DNA from: Trichomonas gallinae
Lineage: Eukaryota
DNA: 31,776 bases
Reading direction: 5' to 3'
Assembly (NCBI GenBank): GCA_008369845.1
Contig: MRSU01009652.1
Span: 62,001 to 93,776 of the forward strand
Shown: piece after piece, positions 30,612-31,776 of the stretch
Layout: the number at the start of each line of letters is the position of its first letter
Numbering within the stretch: the stretch's first letter is position 1
The notes under the pieces: model-generated
Told to the model about the DNA's origin: nothing
The model's database searches: none
The model's input: only the letters and a program-made list of their open reading frames with translations
Translations under genes and position numbers: made by a program

Positions 30612-31482
30612 AAAATAATATTCTGAAAATAAAATTGAAATAAAATTAATGGATTTAATTTTTATTTTGGAAATTTTTATTCTGCAGTATATTGCCAATT
30701 AAAACCAATTGGAACTTTTCAATTTATTTTCAATTGATAAAGCTGAATAACCAAAACGAGTAATGGCATAGGCGATTATTTTTTTATGATCGTTCATTTA
30801 GATAAAATAAATTTTATTATAAAGGTTTCATCCTTAATTAAATGGAATATATTGCGTCACTCAATTATATCGTTTTTGTCGATAGATGATAATCATCCAA
30901 TTTATTTCGACATGTCACGTTTTGTATGGCATGACTATAAAAATTATGCCTTGGTAATTGCTGTAGTGTATAATTTACAAGTTTGACCCAATTTTGAAAG
31001 AGGAAAGTTTTTGATAAAATTATTTTAATTGGGATATATATGTTATTCCTATACATTTTAATTATCGTATAAATAAAATTTTACATGACAATAATTAAGA
31101 TTTATTTGGCATAAGCTAAATATGATGATAAATAGATATAAGAAGAACAATGGAATGAAAATAAATGAAATAAATTGAAATCCTTTCCGTTCTCTAAAAG
31201 TTTACATGTCAAAAAAAGCTCTTTTCTATTTAATTGGTATCGAAATATTACAATTGTCTTTACTAGATTAAACTTTTTATAATGCATATGTTAACTCTCA
31301 TTGAAAACGAAGGTTATAAATAATATAATTCTTATATCTGATTGCGGAATAAATCATGGGCTAAGATCGATGGCTTGTCAACGAATATAGGAGCAATGCG
31401 GCATGAAATAATTTCTTTGCTCCAATAAAAGCTTCATTTGTAGAGCTGATACGATTTTAACAGAAGGAATGAAAAAATAATA

Positions 31483-31776
31483 TTATTTTGATGTGGCGAC
31501 TTGATAGTTCTCATTGAGAAGAGAATTCTCTTCTGGTGGGAGAATAACTTCTGGAACATCTGGGATAGGTGGCATCTTTTGTGAATTGATTTTCGCAGCA
31601 TTTGATTGTAAAGTAGAAAGCGTTGGCTGTTGATACAATGACTGTGGTAGAGTCATAGCAATACCACGTTTAAGATCGTCCTCATCAATTTCTGATCCTC
31701 TGCCTCTTTTCTGAGAAGAATTGCGCGCTTGTTTCAAAACATCGCCGACGTGCCTGTAAAATAACTCAACGAGCAT
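31483..31776 (-). CDS. TAF9: TFIID/SAGA subunit TAF9 (histone fold), probably 5'-truncated by the window edge
   Basis: LVELFYRHVGDVLKQA...IDEDDLKRGI...QPTLSTLQSNAAKINSQKMPPIP...ILPPEENSLLNENYQV parallels TAF9 MLEFAFRYVTTILDDA...VDADDVRLAI...[20 protein letters not shown]...RLPPDRYCLTAPNY. The first histone-fold helix is missing, so the gene likely begins beyond 31776. Confidence 0.85.
   Translation of the reverse strand: MLVELFYRHVGDVLKQARNSSQKRGRGSEIDEDDLKRGIAMTLPQSLYQQPTLSTLQSNAAKINSQKMPPIPDVPEVILPPEENSLLNENYQVATSK

Noticed and set aside
1..31776. tRNA, rRNA, transposase or Maverick/Polinton genes
   Set aside because: No cloverleaf, rRNA-like tract or mobile-element ORF was recognised by eye; a covariance-model scan was not possible.

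Overview
Gene-dense eukaryotic DNA with very AT-rich intergenic spacers and almost no introns. It is most consistent with a trichomonad (Trichomonas or a close parabasalid); this is inferred from a GP63-like surface protein, an HHD-type CAMK kinase, TCA(C/T)TT initiator-like motifs just before start codons and a 25-nt GT...TCTAAC..CAG intron. Thirteen protein-coding genes are supported: a P4-ATPase flippase, a TPR protein (TTC29-like), a small CXorf65/C22orf15-like protein, an importin-beta-like helical-repeat protein, a cyclin split by a 25-nt intron missed by the ORF track, the RNA polymerase III largest subunit (RPC1), a multi-TM RING ligase (RNFT-like), a HeH/LEM-like membrane protein, a CAMK kinase, a coiled-coil protein, CYFIP/SRA1, a GP63-like protein lacking its catalytic Glu, and a 5'-truncated TAF9. 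The most striking feature is RPC1, which runs about 320 aa past its normal end into a tail of degenerate ~11-residue repeats ([LIV]KxE[FY]LTxDGx) containing 12 SUMO-consensus-like psi-K-x-E motifs. A ~237-bp tandem repeat lies directly upstream of RPC1. Several recurrent non-coding motifs and an imperfect palindrome were also seen. Family assignments come from motif recognition by eye; no searches were run.
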